From positions 1,472 through 65,471 of the IMG/VR virus record IMGVR_UViG_3300047445_000242: a stretch of DNA of 64,000 bases; one strand, written 5' to 3'. Made by a program: the position numbers and the translations under genes. Below the pieces are notes generated by a model. That model was not told the DNA's origin. It did no database searches and worked only from the letters and a program-made list of their open reading frames with translations. Source of the DNA: a virus (taxonomy: Duplodnaviria; Caudoviricetes). Each line of letters opens with the position of its first letter. The first letter of the stretch is position 1. Shown piece by piece: positions 1 through 8,431 of the stretch.

Positions 1-452
1 ATGGCCCCGAGGAAGGTTTTCGTCACCGCAACAGGCTCGAGTTTGGGCGCCGGCTTCAGTACGCGGGTCTTCACGCCGTTGAATTCCATGAAGCCCCAGT
101 TCGTCGGTATCTCGTCGAGCTTGGCCACGCCAGGCGAAGCGAGGAGCCACCAGCGATCCATGTACTTCATCACGGGCCAGGCCTTCTCGGGCTGCTTGAG
201 CTCGCGCAGCCAGTCGGAGCGCGCGGTCTTCACCTCGTACCCGTTGAGGTCCATGCCTCGCGAGGGCCAGAGGTTGAGCACCACGATGTCAGCGGCGCGC
301 GTGGCGTTCGTGCCGGTGCCGCTCGACACCTCGAACATGCACGCATAGCCGTTCGCCTCGCTGTACACCTGACTCATGTAGGCGCACACGTCTCGCGTGC
401 TGACCTTCGCCGGCGACGCTTCAGGTAAGAGGGGGAGGTTTTCTGCGGTCAC
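1..452 (-). CDS. MmcB-like PD-(D/E)XK endonuclease (3' end outside window)
   Basis: My translation from GTG 452: MTAENLP...RAADIVVLNLWPSRGMDLNGYEVKTARSDWLRELKQPEK...DEIPTNWG. Has the D...EVK-x-SRSD-type motif. Absent from the ORF track because it is truncated. Confidence 0.7.
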   Translation of the reverse strand, partial: MTAENLPLLPEASPAKVSTRDVCAYMSQVYSEANGYACMFEVSSGTGTNATRAADIVVLNLWPSRGMDLNGYEVKTARSDWLRELKQPEKAWPVMKYMDRWWLLASPGVAKLDEIPTNWGFMEFNGVKTRVLKPAPKLEPVAVTKTFLGA

Positions 453-661
453 GATGCGACTTTCTCTGCGGTGGTGGTTAGGAAGCTCACAGTCAGATCG
501 AAGGCGCCGTGAGCGACGACGCCGGACGAATCGACATAGCGGACGGTGGCCATAGGGCGCTGGGTCTCCTTGCATGTCCAAAGGCCGCAAACCTGTATCA
601 CGGCGCCACTCTTGAGGCGCCACCAGTTCCCGGTGTGAACGCGGTCGGCTCGACGGATCAC
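449..661 (-). CDS. Hypothetical protein
   Basis: 70-aa ORF coupled to the downstream gene by a GTGA overlap. Confidence 0.6.
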   Translation of the reverse strand: MIRRADRVHTGNWWRLKSGAVIQVCGLWTCKETQRPMATVRYVDSSGVVAHGAFDLTVSFLTTTAEKVAS

Positions 662-662
662 G

Positions 663-866
663 TCAGCTGCGCGACTTCTTCGGTGTTGCTGGCTTCGCGA
701 CGGCGGCCTTCAGTTTGTCGAAGGTGCCGAGGGTCGGCGTACCACCAGCGCGCACTCGCATCACGGTGCGCAGGGGCACGCGGTTTTCGACGGCGAACTG
801 GTACACGTTCGGGAGCTTTTTGAGGGCGTCCTGAAGCTGCTTGAGGGTCATGGGTGCTTGGTTCAT
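663..866 (-). CDS. Cro-like small HTH transcriptional regulator
   Basis: MNQAPMTLKQLQDALKKLPNVYQFAVENRVPLRTVMRVRAGGTPTLGTFDKL fits an XRE/Cro-like HTH. First gene of the leftward operon at the divergence point. Confidence 0.65.
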   Translation of the reverse strand: MNQAPMTLKQLQDALKKLPNVYQFAVENRVPLRTVMRVRAGGTPTLGTFDKLKAAVAKPATPKKSRS

Positions 867-972
867 GTGCGAATTGTGCCACGCTTGGCGCGCCGAAGAT
901 TGCACCATGTCGCAAAATTCGTTTACTATCCGCTCCGTCACGATGTGTTGACGCTCCAGAAAAGGTTCTGCC
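867..972. promoter_or_regulatory. Divergent promoter region with operator-like palindrome at 876-891
   Basis: AT-richer gap between divergent genes. Contains GTGCCACGCTTGGCGC and a TTGCAC..TACTAT promoter-like pair on the plus strand. Confidence 0.55.
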
Positions 973-1257
973 ATGCAGAAGTCTCCCGCCGCAGTCCGCG
1001 GCTCCTTGGTCCTCTCCCCGGACCTGTTCGCTCCGACCATCGAGGTCGATGCCCGCGGCAAGGTGAACACAGGCAAGGTCGTCATCGGCCTGACCTACAC
1101 CCCGAAGCCGCCGAACCCCCGCATGTCGATCGCCGGCATGCATCTGCAAACCAACATGCTCGACTTCGGCCTCCCGGTGCCGGCCGAGCGCACCTGGCCG
1201 CCGGCGCAAACCAAGCTCGGCCGCCTCGTGCGTTGGTTCTGGCGCTCGTTCTGCTGA
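973..1257 (+). CDS. Hypothetical protein
   Basis: 94-aa ORF, first gene of the rightward operon. Confidence 0.6.
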   Translation: MQKSPAAVRGSLVLSPDLFAPTIEVDARGKVNTGKVVIGLTYTPKPPNPRMSIAGMHLQTNMLDFGLPVPAERTWPPAQTKLGRLVRWFWRSFC

Positions 1258-1291
1258 GCCGCCCCTTTTTCTTCCACCACTCGGAGCTTTC

Positions 1292-3175
1292 ATGCCCACC
1301 AAAAAGAAGACGGCGAAGCCGTCGATTCATGAATATCTGCTCGCGCAGATTCCCAAGGTCCTCGGGATGTTCGAGGGCCGCATGACGCCGGCGCGCCTGG
1401 CATCGAACCTCGGCGATCCTGAAAAGCCAGGATCGCTCATCGACCAGGCGCACGTTGACAAGGCCACGGCCGAGCTCCTGGAGGCCGGCGTGCTGGTGAT
1501 GGACTCGCGCAGCCTGGCGCTCAAGGAGCGCGAGGGCGACATCGAGGTGCTGCCACGCGCCGAGCCGGAGCCCGAAACCACCGCGGTCGCCGTGCGCACG
1601 CCCGAGCAAATCGCCGAGGCTAACTTCAAGGAGGCCATGGAGCGCGCCGAGCTCGTGAAGAAGACTTACGAGAACGCGAAGCTCGACTTCACCACCGAAG
1701 CCGGCCAGAAGGCCGCCAGCGAAGGCGCCCGCCAGCTGGTGGCGATCCGCGTCCGCATCAACGACATGCGCCTGGGCTTCAACGAATCGGCGCGCGCCGA
1801 GATAAAGGCCAATGACGCGAAGGCGAAGGCGATCACTGACATGCTGGCGCCCGTCGAGGCGCGCATCGCAGGCGAGGTGCAGGCCTGGCGCGACATTGAA
1901 AAGGAAAAGGCCGAGGCGAAGAAAAAGGCCGCCGAGGAGGAGCGCATGCGCATCGAGCGCGCGGTGGCCGCGATCCGCGATCCGCTCATGCGCACCGATG
2001 GCATGAGTGCCGATGACCTGGCCGCCCTGCTGCAGGACATCACGAACCAGGTGCCGCAGGCCGCCGACTTCGGCGATCGCTTCGGCGAGGCGACGATGGC
2101 TCACGACTACGTGCTGCGCACGCTGGAGGAGCGCCGCGCCGAAGCAGAGCGGCGCGAAGAAGCGGCCGCGCAGGAGCACGCCACCAGCCTCATGAATGGC
2201 ATGCGCGGCATCGTCCAGCGCGCGATCGCCGCCGACTCGGCCAAGATCGCCGGCCTCATCGGCGAATTGAGCGTGTTCGAGAAAGCGAACTTCGAGCCGC
2301 TGCACGATGAAGGCGTGGCGCTGTACGACCGCCTCATGGTGAGCCTGCGCACCGCGAAGGCCCAGGCCGACCAGGCCGCCGAGCACGAAAAGCAGCGCGA
2401 GCTCGACGCGCAAGCCGAGCGCGATCGCCAGGCGCTCGATGCGAAGGTCACGTCGCTCATCACGCGCATCAACACGCTCACGGTCCAGGCGGGCCGCGGC
2501 TCGGTGGCGGATGTTGATGCGGTGATTGGCCAGGTGGAATCGATCACGCTCGACCCGATCGATAACGTGGGCCTGCAAGGCAGTTTCAACCAGGCCAAGG
2601 AAAGCGCCGCCGAGCTCCTGAAGACGATGCGCACCATGGCCGAGGATCGTGAGCGCGCACAGCGTGAGAACGAAGAACGCCTGAAGCAGGCGCGCGACGA
2701 CAAGGCCGAACAGGACCGCAAGGATGAAGCCGAGCGCCGGCGCGTGGGCCTGGTGGACACCACTTTCTCCGGCATCGCATCGGCCACCTCTCTCGGCGTG
2801 GAGCCGAGCGTCGAGCGTGTTCAGTCCGCGATCGACTGGCTCGACGTGCTGACGTTCGTTCCCGATGTGTTCCTCGATCGCTTCGAGGAAGCCAACAAGG
2901 CGCGCGACGCAGCGCTGGCCGCAGTTCGTGCAGAAATGGCGCCAGCACAGGAGCGCGCCCGCCTGGCCGCCGAAGCCGAGAAAAAGCGCGTGGACGACCA
3001 GCGCAAGGCCGACGCAAAGAGCGCGCTGGACAACCGCGTGCTGGATAACGCCGGCGCGATCTACACGCTCCTCACGGCCTTCGCATCGGCCGCGCTCGAA
3101 CGCTCTCTGCCCGAACAGGCAACGATCGACGCGGCCGTGAATTTGATCGGCTCGATCGAAGACCCGACCCTCTGA
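1292..3175 (+). CDS. Coiled-coil protein with possible N-terminal winged helix
   Basis: 627 aa, GGAG RBS, E/A/R/K-rich heptads. Lies directly upstream of the recombination genes. Confidence 0.75.
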   Translation: MPTKKKTAKPSIHEYLLAQIPKVLGMFEGRMTPARLASNLGDPEKPGSLIDQAHVDKATAELLEAGVLVMDSRSLALKEREGDIEVLPRAEPEPETTAVAVRTPEQIAEANFKEAMERAELVKKTYENAKLDFTTEAGQKAASEGARQLVAIRVRINDMRLGFNESARAEIKANDAKAKAITDMLAPVEARIAGEVQAWRDIEKEKAEAKKKAAEEERMRIERAVAAIRDPLMRTDGMSADDLAALLQDITNQVPQAADFGDRFGEATMAHDYVLRTLEERRAEAERREEAAAQEHATSLMNGMRGIVQRAIAADSAKIAGLIGELSVFEKANFEPLHDEGVALYDRLMVSLRTAKAQADQAAEHEKQRELDAQAERDRQALDAKVTSLITRINTLTVQAGRGSVADVDAVIGQVESITLDPIDNVGLQGSFNQAKESAAELLKTMRTMAEDRERAQRENEERLKQARDDKAEQDRKDEAERRRVGLVDTTFSGIASATSLGVEPSVERVQSAIDWLDVLTFVPDVFLDRFEEANKARDAALAAVRAEMAPAQERARLAAEAEKKRVDDQRKADAKSALDNRVLDNAGAIYTLLTAFASAALERSLPEQATIDAAVNLIGSIEDPTL

Positions 3176-3205
3176 ATTCCCCTCCACCACTCTGAAAGCG
3201 AGACC

Positions 3206-4171
3206 ATGACCAAAGAGCAAAACATCGACCCCGCAATGGGTCACGAGTACGGCAAGCCGGGCGTGTATGACGGCATCAAGATCGAGCACTACCACGGCAG
3301 CAATGGCCTCTCGAAGACCGGCCTCGACCTCCTGGCGCGCAGCCCGTCGCACTACTACTCCATGAAGAAGGACCCGGCCAGGCCGCCCGAGGTGGAGAAG
3401 GCGAGTCACACGCAAGGCAACCTCCTGCACTGTGTCGTCCTGGAGCCGGGTGAGTTCCCGAAGCGCTACGCAACCCTTCCCGCGGACGCCCCGAAGCGCC
3501 CCACGGAATCGCAATGGAACGCGGCGAAGCCGAGCCCCAAGAGCATCGCCGACATGACCTGGTGGACCGACTTTGGCGAGCGCAATGCTGGCAAGACCAT
3601 CATCCCGCTCGCGCAGATGGATGCCGCGCAGCGCATGCGCGACAGCATCATGCGCATCCCCGATGCGCGCGATCTGTTCGCGAAGGGCAAGGCCGAACAG
3701 TCGGCGTATGCGATCGACGAGGAAACCGGCGTGCTGCTCAAGTGCCGCCCCGACTGGAACCACCCGGTCGGCAAAAACTCGGTGATCCTGGCGGACGTGA
3801 AGGGCTACAGCGATGCCCGCGAGAGCATGTTCGCGCTGCAGGCCGCTCGCATGTCGTATGACGTGCAGGACGTGTTTTATACGGACGTGTGGACCAAGGC
3901 CGCCGGCGTCGAGGTGCTCGACTTCATCTTTGTGGTGGTCGAGGACAAGTGGCCATTCGCTGCAAACCTCATCACGATCACGCCCGAGGATCGCGAGGTC
4001 GCGCGCCGTCAATACAAGCCCCTGGTGAAGACCTACGCCCAGTGCCTGGCATCCGGCGAATGGCCTGGCTTCCCCACCGGCGTGAAGACGGTGAAGCTGC
4101 CCTCGTGGAAGGCGCGCTCGATCGAGGCGCTCCTCGACGAAGACGAACAACAAGAGGGGGCGCCTGAGTGA
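3206..4171 (+). CDS. RecE/exonuclease VIII-like PD-(D/E)XK nuclease (DUF3799-like)
   Basis: YH...LSKTGL..LARSPSHY, GNLLHCVVLEP, KCRPDW, LADVK, YDVQDVFY, FIFVVVED motifs. Confidence 0.88.
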   Translation: MTKEQNIDPAMGHEYGKPGVYDGIKIEHYHGSNGLSKTGLDLLARSPSHYYSMKKDPARPPEVEKASHTQGNLLHCVVLEPGEFPKRYATLPADAPKRPTESQWNAAKPSPKSIADMTWWTDFGERNAGKTIIPLAQMDAAQRMRDSIMRIPDARDLFAKGKAEQSAYAIDEETGVLLKCRPDWNHPVGKNSVILADVKGYSDARESMFALQAARMSYDVQDVFYTDVWTKAAGVEVLDFIFVVVEDKWPFAANLITITPEDREVARRQYKPLVKTYAQCLASGEWPGFPTGVKTVKLPSWKARSIEALLDEDEQQEGAPE

Positions 4172-5145
4172 GGCAAGCCTCCGCATCAATGCTGGAGACG
4201 CTGATGCGCGCCGCATCGGAACGCCCTCGCGACATCGAGGATTCCTATGCGGCGATCCAAGCGGCCGTCCAGGACGTGACGCTGTGCCAGGCTGGCACGT
4301 TCGTCTATCGCGACAGCGATGGCGAGCTCGTGGTGGCACCTGGCATCCGCCTTGTCGAGGCAATGTTCCAGGCCTGGGGCAACGTCAGCGCCGGCGTCGA
4401 GGTCATCCAGGCGACGCAGACCTACTCCGATGTTCGATCGTTCGCGGTGGACCTGGAGACGCTGCATAACGACGAGCGCGTGGTGCAGGTTCGGCACGTC
4501 ACCGACAAGGGCTTCGCGCTGGTCGATCAGCGTGACGTGCACGAAATCGTCATGGGCACAGGCGTGAAGAACAAGCGCGGCTGCATGCTGGCCATCCTGC
4601 CGGGCGACTACGTGCGGCAGACGCTGGCCTGGGTCAACGAGACGCTGGAGGGCGAGTGGGAGCTCACGGATGCGGCGATCGACGCGGTGGTGCAGCGCCT
4701 GGCAAAGCACCTGGTCGGCAAGCAGCACATCGAGGCGTTCCTCGGGCACTCCGTCGAGTCGATGGCGACGCCCGACCTGGTGAAGCTGCTGCGCATCGCA
4801 AACTCGCTCGACGAGCGCGCGACGCGGCCGTGGGACTGGTTCGCCATCGAGCGCCCGAAGAAGCCCGGCCGTTCGCGATCGCTGCACGAGATTGCCGCCG
4901 CCGGCGACGTGGAGAGCGAGGTGGACTTCTACGGCCGCAACCCGAGCATGGACGGCCTGGTCCCCGCGCCGGTGAAGCTGAAACCGTTCGAGGTCCTGGT
5001 GGCCCGCATCCGCGAAGCGAAGGACCGCACCGGTCTCGAAGCCGCGGCCAACCTGATACCGGCCTTCGCTGACGCCGGCGAGCGGAACACGCTCGAAAGT
5101 GCAGTGACCGACCAACAACGGCTATTGAAAGGAAAGAAGCAATGA
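4168..5145 (+). CDS. Recombination-associated protein, putative single-strand annealing partner
   Basis: Coupled to the RecE-like gene, in the position RecT usually occupies. GIRLVEAMFQAWGN...DLET...LAILPGD. Function inferred from position. Confidence 0.55.
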   Translation: MRQASASMLETLMRAASERPRDIEDSYAAIQAAVQDVTLCQAGTFVYRDSDGELVVAPGIRLVEAMFQAWGNVSAGVEVIQATQTYSDVRSFAVDLETLHNDERVVQVRHVTDKGFALVDQRDVHEIVMGTGVKNKRGCMLAILPGDYVRQTLAWVNETLEGEWELTDAAIDAVVQRLAKHLVGKQHIEAFLGHSVESMATPDLVKLLRIANSLDERATRPWDWFAIERPKKPGRSRSLHEIAAAGDVESEVDFYGRNPSMDGLVPAPVKLKPFEVLVARIREAKDRTGLEAAANLIPAFADAGERNTLESAVTDQQRLLKGKKQ

Positions 5146-5798
5146 CCCCCAAGCAACGCGAAGCGATGCGCATGCCCACCAACGTGCGCACTGCAATGGA
5201 AGGCCTCGGCGCCGATCCGAAGATTTACGAGGATGCCATCGACAAGGCCCTGGCCGAAGGCGCCACCGAATCGGCCGCGCGAATGGCGGCCATGAACGCC
5301 ATGGTCAATGCGCTCCCCAAGGAGCACGCGATCGGCATGCTCGGCGCACTGTCGAAGGAACTGGGCATCCCGGCCATTTCCTTGAAGCTGTCCGGCAGCA
5401 CGAGCGACATGCTCACCTCCCTCCTCGGCAAGCGCGACCACGCCCCGGCGTCGAGCTCCGACGAGTTCGCGCCGGCGTCGGCAGAACAGGCCTCCTTGCT
5501 GACGAATGCGTCATACCAGCCGAGCGTCGGCGACGTGGTGAAGTGGCGCGACGGCATGCGCAATCTCACGATGCCGGCCTACGGGCAGGAGTTCATCGTC
5601 TCGGATGTCTTCGAGGCGCGGCGCACGCCCAACGGCCGCTATGACATGGCCACGGCGATCTATCGGCCGTGCGACGCCGACGAGTGCGCTGGCGGCCATC
5701 TGGAGGAGCTTCTGGTGGACAGCCGCCGCGTCGATTTCGTGCGCCGGGCCACTCCGTCGAAAAAGGCCGAGCGCCAGCGCACGCCCTTCACCCCGTAA
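5142..5798 (+). CDS. Hypothetical protein
   Basis: 218-aa ORF with ATGA overlap. Confidence 0.7.
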   Translation: MTPKQREAMRMPTNVRTAMEGLGADPKIYEDAIDKALAEGATESAARMAAMNAMVNALPKEHAIGMLGALSKELGIPAISLKLSGSTSDMLTSLLGKRDHAPASSSDEFAPASAEQASLLTNASYQPSVGDVVKWRDGMRNLTMPAYGQEFIVSDVFEARRTPNGRYDMATAIYRPCDADECAGGHLEELLVDSRRVDFVRRATPSKKAERQRTPFTP

Positions 5799-5828
5799 CC
5801 CAATCTGCTGCGCATGCAGCGATCCGCG

Positions 5829-5853
5829 GCCAGGGCGGTCCCCTGGCATTTTT
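5829..5853 (+). terminator. Rho-independent terminator
   Basis: GCCAGGG-cggtc-CCCTGGC followed by ATTTTT. Confidence 0.55.
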
Positions 5854-5878
5854 GAAACCTGAACCGAAAGTCACCATC

Positions 5879-6562
5879 ATGAAGAAGACCATCACTTCCC
5901 TCGCCGCAGCCTTCGCACTCCTGGCGATCGCCGGCGCGGCCAGCGCCACCACGCCGACCGGCCAGGCCGGCGCGCAGTCGGCGTCGAGCGTCACCGTGTT
6001 CTCGGGCACGGCCGGCGGCTCGTCGATCAGCGGCGCAATCAACCACCAGACCGCGAACGTGGCACCCGCCACCAGCACCGGCGCGGCCGGTACGTTCCTG
6101 GGGCAGTCCGCCGGAGCGGCTGGCGTGTCGGGCGGCGTGAGCACCTCGACGTTTTCCGCCGCCGGCAACCTGAGCACCGGCGCCGGCACGGGCAGCGCCA
6201 GCGCCTCGGGCCTGTCGGTTGCGGGTGTTGCGAAGGAGAACGGCTACAGCACGCAGAACGCCGTCAGCGGCACCGTGAAGGGCAACGCCGAGACGGTCAG
6301 CGGCTCGGCAGCTGACGCGGGCCGCAACGGCGCCGCGCTGGTGTCGGCCGATGCCGGCGCGCAGTTCGCCGCCACGGCCAGCAGCAGCCGCACGGGCATT
6401 TTCAGCACCACGCGCACCGCCACCACCACGGCGGCCGCTACGGCCAACACCAGCCAGCCCACGACGCTGACCTGGGGTTCGGGTTCGACCGGCGTGCTGA
6501 ACGAGGCAGCTGCGAACGCCAGCGCCACCTCGAAGTCGGGTTCGGTCACCTCCACGAACTAA
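5879..6562 (+). CDS. Exported Ala/Gly/Ser/Thr-rich protein
   Basis: Sec signal peptide MKKTITSLAAAFALLAIAGAASA, then a small-residue, beta-rich mature chain. Confidence 0.8.
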   Translation: MKKTITSLAAAFALLAIAGAASATTPTGQAGAQSASSVTVFSGTAGGSSISGAINHQTANVAPATSTGAAGTFLGQSAGAAGVSGGVSTSTFSAAGNLSTGAGTGSASASGLSVAGVAKENGYSTQNAVSGTVKGNAETVSGSAADAGRNGAALVSADAGAQFAATASSSRTGIFSTTRTATTTAAATANTSQPTTLTWGSGSTGVLNEAAANASATSKSGSVTSTN

Positions 6563-6641
6563 GCACCACCGAAGGCTCCAGGGCGATCGACGCAAGAGGC
6601 GCGATCGCCCTCCACCACCACACCACCACCGAAAGAAACTC

Positions 6642-7241
6642 ATGTTCCGCAACATCATCCTTCTGGCCGCACTGGCCATCGCCCTCCCTGCGATCGCGCA
6701 GCCTATCGCCGCCGGCGCAGACTCGCGCGCCGGCGCCGCTGCCACGCTCGGCGACGTGACGACCTCCACCACCGTCAACCTGCCGGCGTCGCTCCCTGCC
6801 CCTGCTTCCCAGGAGGTCCGCCACAAGGGTCTCCCGATCAATTCGGCGGCCCCTGCATGGGCCACGCAGCCCGTGTGGAAGTGCACGGGCGCGGGCGATG
6901 CCGGCTCGTTCCAGATCAAGGACCTCGGCGTGGCGCTCTCCCTCGGGGGCAATGACAAGAACATCTGCGGTGACGAATTCCGCATCGCCGTTGCGCTGAA
7001 CGTCATTCGCCTGCGCATCGCCGGCGACGAGGGCTATGACGCCGCCCGCACCATCGCCTGCAACGACGACACCATTGCCAATGCCTTCGAGGGCACGCTC
7101 GACCAGTGCGATGCGCCGAAGACGAAGGCGACGCGCGAGGCCCGCTGGGCGCGTGAACGCTCTGCAGCTGCTGCATCGGGTCGCCCGGTCAGCGTGGCAG
7201 CGCCTGCGGCCCGTCCGATGCCCTGGCAGGCTGGCGGCTGA
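6642..7241 (+). CDS. Exported four-cysteine protein
   Basis: Signal peptide MFRNIILLAALAIALPAIA. C...G.F...G...S.GG.D.N.C...AA..IAC...A....C pattern. Confidence 0.8.
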   Translation: MFRNIILLAALAIALPAIAQPIAAGADSRAGAAATLGDVTTSTTVNLPASLPAPASQEVRHKGLPINSAAPAWATQPVWKCTGAGDAGSFQIKDLGVALSLGGNDKNICGDEFRIAVALNVIRLRIAGDEGYDAARTIACNDDTIANAFEGTLDQCDAPKTKATREARWARERSAAAASGRPVSVAAPAARPMPWQAGG

Positions 7242-7531
7242 TGTCCACGGCCTTCACCAAGGCCAATACCCCGGCCGTGCTCCCCGAGCGGGCCGAGGGT
7301 TGGACCAAGCGCATGGGCATGCACCTGAACCTCGGGCGGGCGAAGGCCGCGAGCTACAGCGTGCGCGACGACCAGGGGCGGCCCATGCCCATCAGCTACG
7401 CTTACCGCGTCCGCGACAAAGACCCGAAAGCGAACTACCAGGGCTTCTTCCTGGAGGGCCACGAGGGCGTCATGACGTGGGCCGAGCTCCGCGCCGCGTG
7501 GCCGGCCTTTTATTCAACCCTTCCCGACTGA
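7241..7531 (+). CDS. Hypothetical protein
   Basis: 96-aa ORF with TGATG coupling. Confidence 0.65.
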   Translation: MSTAFTKANTPAVLPERAEGWTKRMGMHLNLGRAKAASYSVRDDQGRPMPISYAYRVRDKDPKANYQGFFLEGHEGVMTWAELRAAWPAFYSTLPD

Positions 7532-7536
7532 GCACC

Positions 7537-7890
7537 ATGCGCAAATCCTTCTCTCACGTCGCCGCCGCTGCGGCCGCCCTGGCCGGCAGTACCGCGCCCG
7601 CCACTCCTGTCACCGCGATCGACTCCACGCCGCCGCCCGCTGGTCGGCTCACGCGCGAGGAGTTCGAGGCGCACATGAAGAACAAACTCAGGGAGTCGCA
7701 GATCGCCGACAAACTCGAGTTTTGGCATGGCCAGGCCATGCTCCACCTGGCGGCGGCCGAGGTGCCCGCCGAGGAGGCCTTCGAGCTCGCGATGCGCCTG
7801 GCCGAAAAGGCCTGCACCTTCCGCGAGTGGGAGCTCTGGCCGACGCCCGAAGACGTGGTGGCCAAGCACCTGAAGGACGGCCCGAAGTGA
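7537..7890 (+). CDS. Hypothetical protein
   Basis: MRKSFSHVAAA... start at ATG 7537, inside the longer track ORF. Confidence 0.6.
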   Translation: MRKSFSHVAAAAAALAGSTAPATPVTAIDSTPPPAGRLTREEFEAHMKNKLRESQIADKLEFWHGQAMLHLAAAEVPAEEAFELAMRLAEKACTFREWELWPTPEDVVAKHLKDGPK

Positions 7891-8186
7891 AGGCGATCGC
7901 CGGCTGGCTCATGGTCATCCTGGCCACGGCCGTGCTGGCGACGTGCCAGGCGTTCACCGGCGGCGGCTGGTACTGGTGAGCCATGTTCTGTTTCGTCCAG
8001 ATCGCCATCGCAGAGGCCCTCGCGCGAGCGCAGCTTCAGCAGGCGGCGGCCGAGCGTCAGATGGCCGAAGTGAAGGCCAAGCAGGAGGCGCTCATGCGGC
8101 AGGCGCGCCGCGTCGGTGCGATCGACGTGGAGGCCAGGTGGGTCGAGGATGCGCCGGCATTGCCACCGCCGGACCCTCCTGCATAA
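7887..8186 (+). pseudogene. Small membrane protein split by an in-frame TGA (or two tiny genes)
   Basis: 7887-7979 and 7983-8186 share a frame, separated by TGG TGA GCC ATG. Confidence 0.4.
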
Positions 8187-8193
8187 TCGCCGC

Positions 8194-8268
8194 GTGGCGT
8201 TAGCTCAGTGGTAGAGCCCCAGGTTGTGATCCTGGTGGTCGTTGGTTCAAGTCCAACACGTCACCCCA
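8194..8268 (+). tRNA. tRNA-His (GTG)
   Basis: Acceptor stem GTGGCGT/ACGTCAC, D-arm TAGCTCAGTGGTAGAGC, anticodon arm CCAGG-TTGTGAT-CCTGG, T-loop GGTTCAAGTCC, C73, encoded CCA. Confidence 0.95.
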
Positions 8269-8406
8269 GATACACACCCCGAAGGGGCTCAACCGTGATA
8301 CGAGCACGGATCGAAAGTCGTGGCGCCAGGAAGTTGTGAGGGACAACCTGGCCGAGTCTGAATGCAGAGCCTGCCCCACTCGATGCCCCGCATTTATGCC
8401 AACAGA

Positions 8407-8431
8407 AAGGGCTCCCTCGGGAGCCCTTTTT
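8407..8431. terminator. Bidirectional terminator between converging operons
   Basis: AAAGGGCTCCC-T-CGGGAGCCCTTTTT. Confidence 0.85.

Noticed and set aside
1-348. Plus-strand 115-aa ORF at the window start
   Set aside because: The opposite strand encodes a coherent MmcB-like nuclease.
8194-8268. tRNA as an attP/attachment site
   Set aside because: It is a complete tRNA with its own promoter-like element. No duplicated 3' fragment or integrase is in the window.
8290-8385. Twister or hammerhead ribozyme call (AATGCAGAG, CTGA..GAAA fragments)
   Set aside because: Core elements are not in the required order or spacing. Kept only as an unclassified structured RNA candidate.
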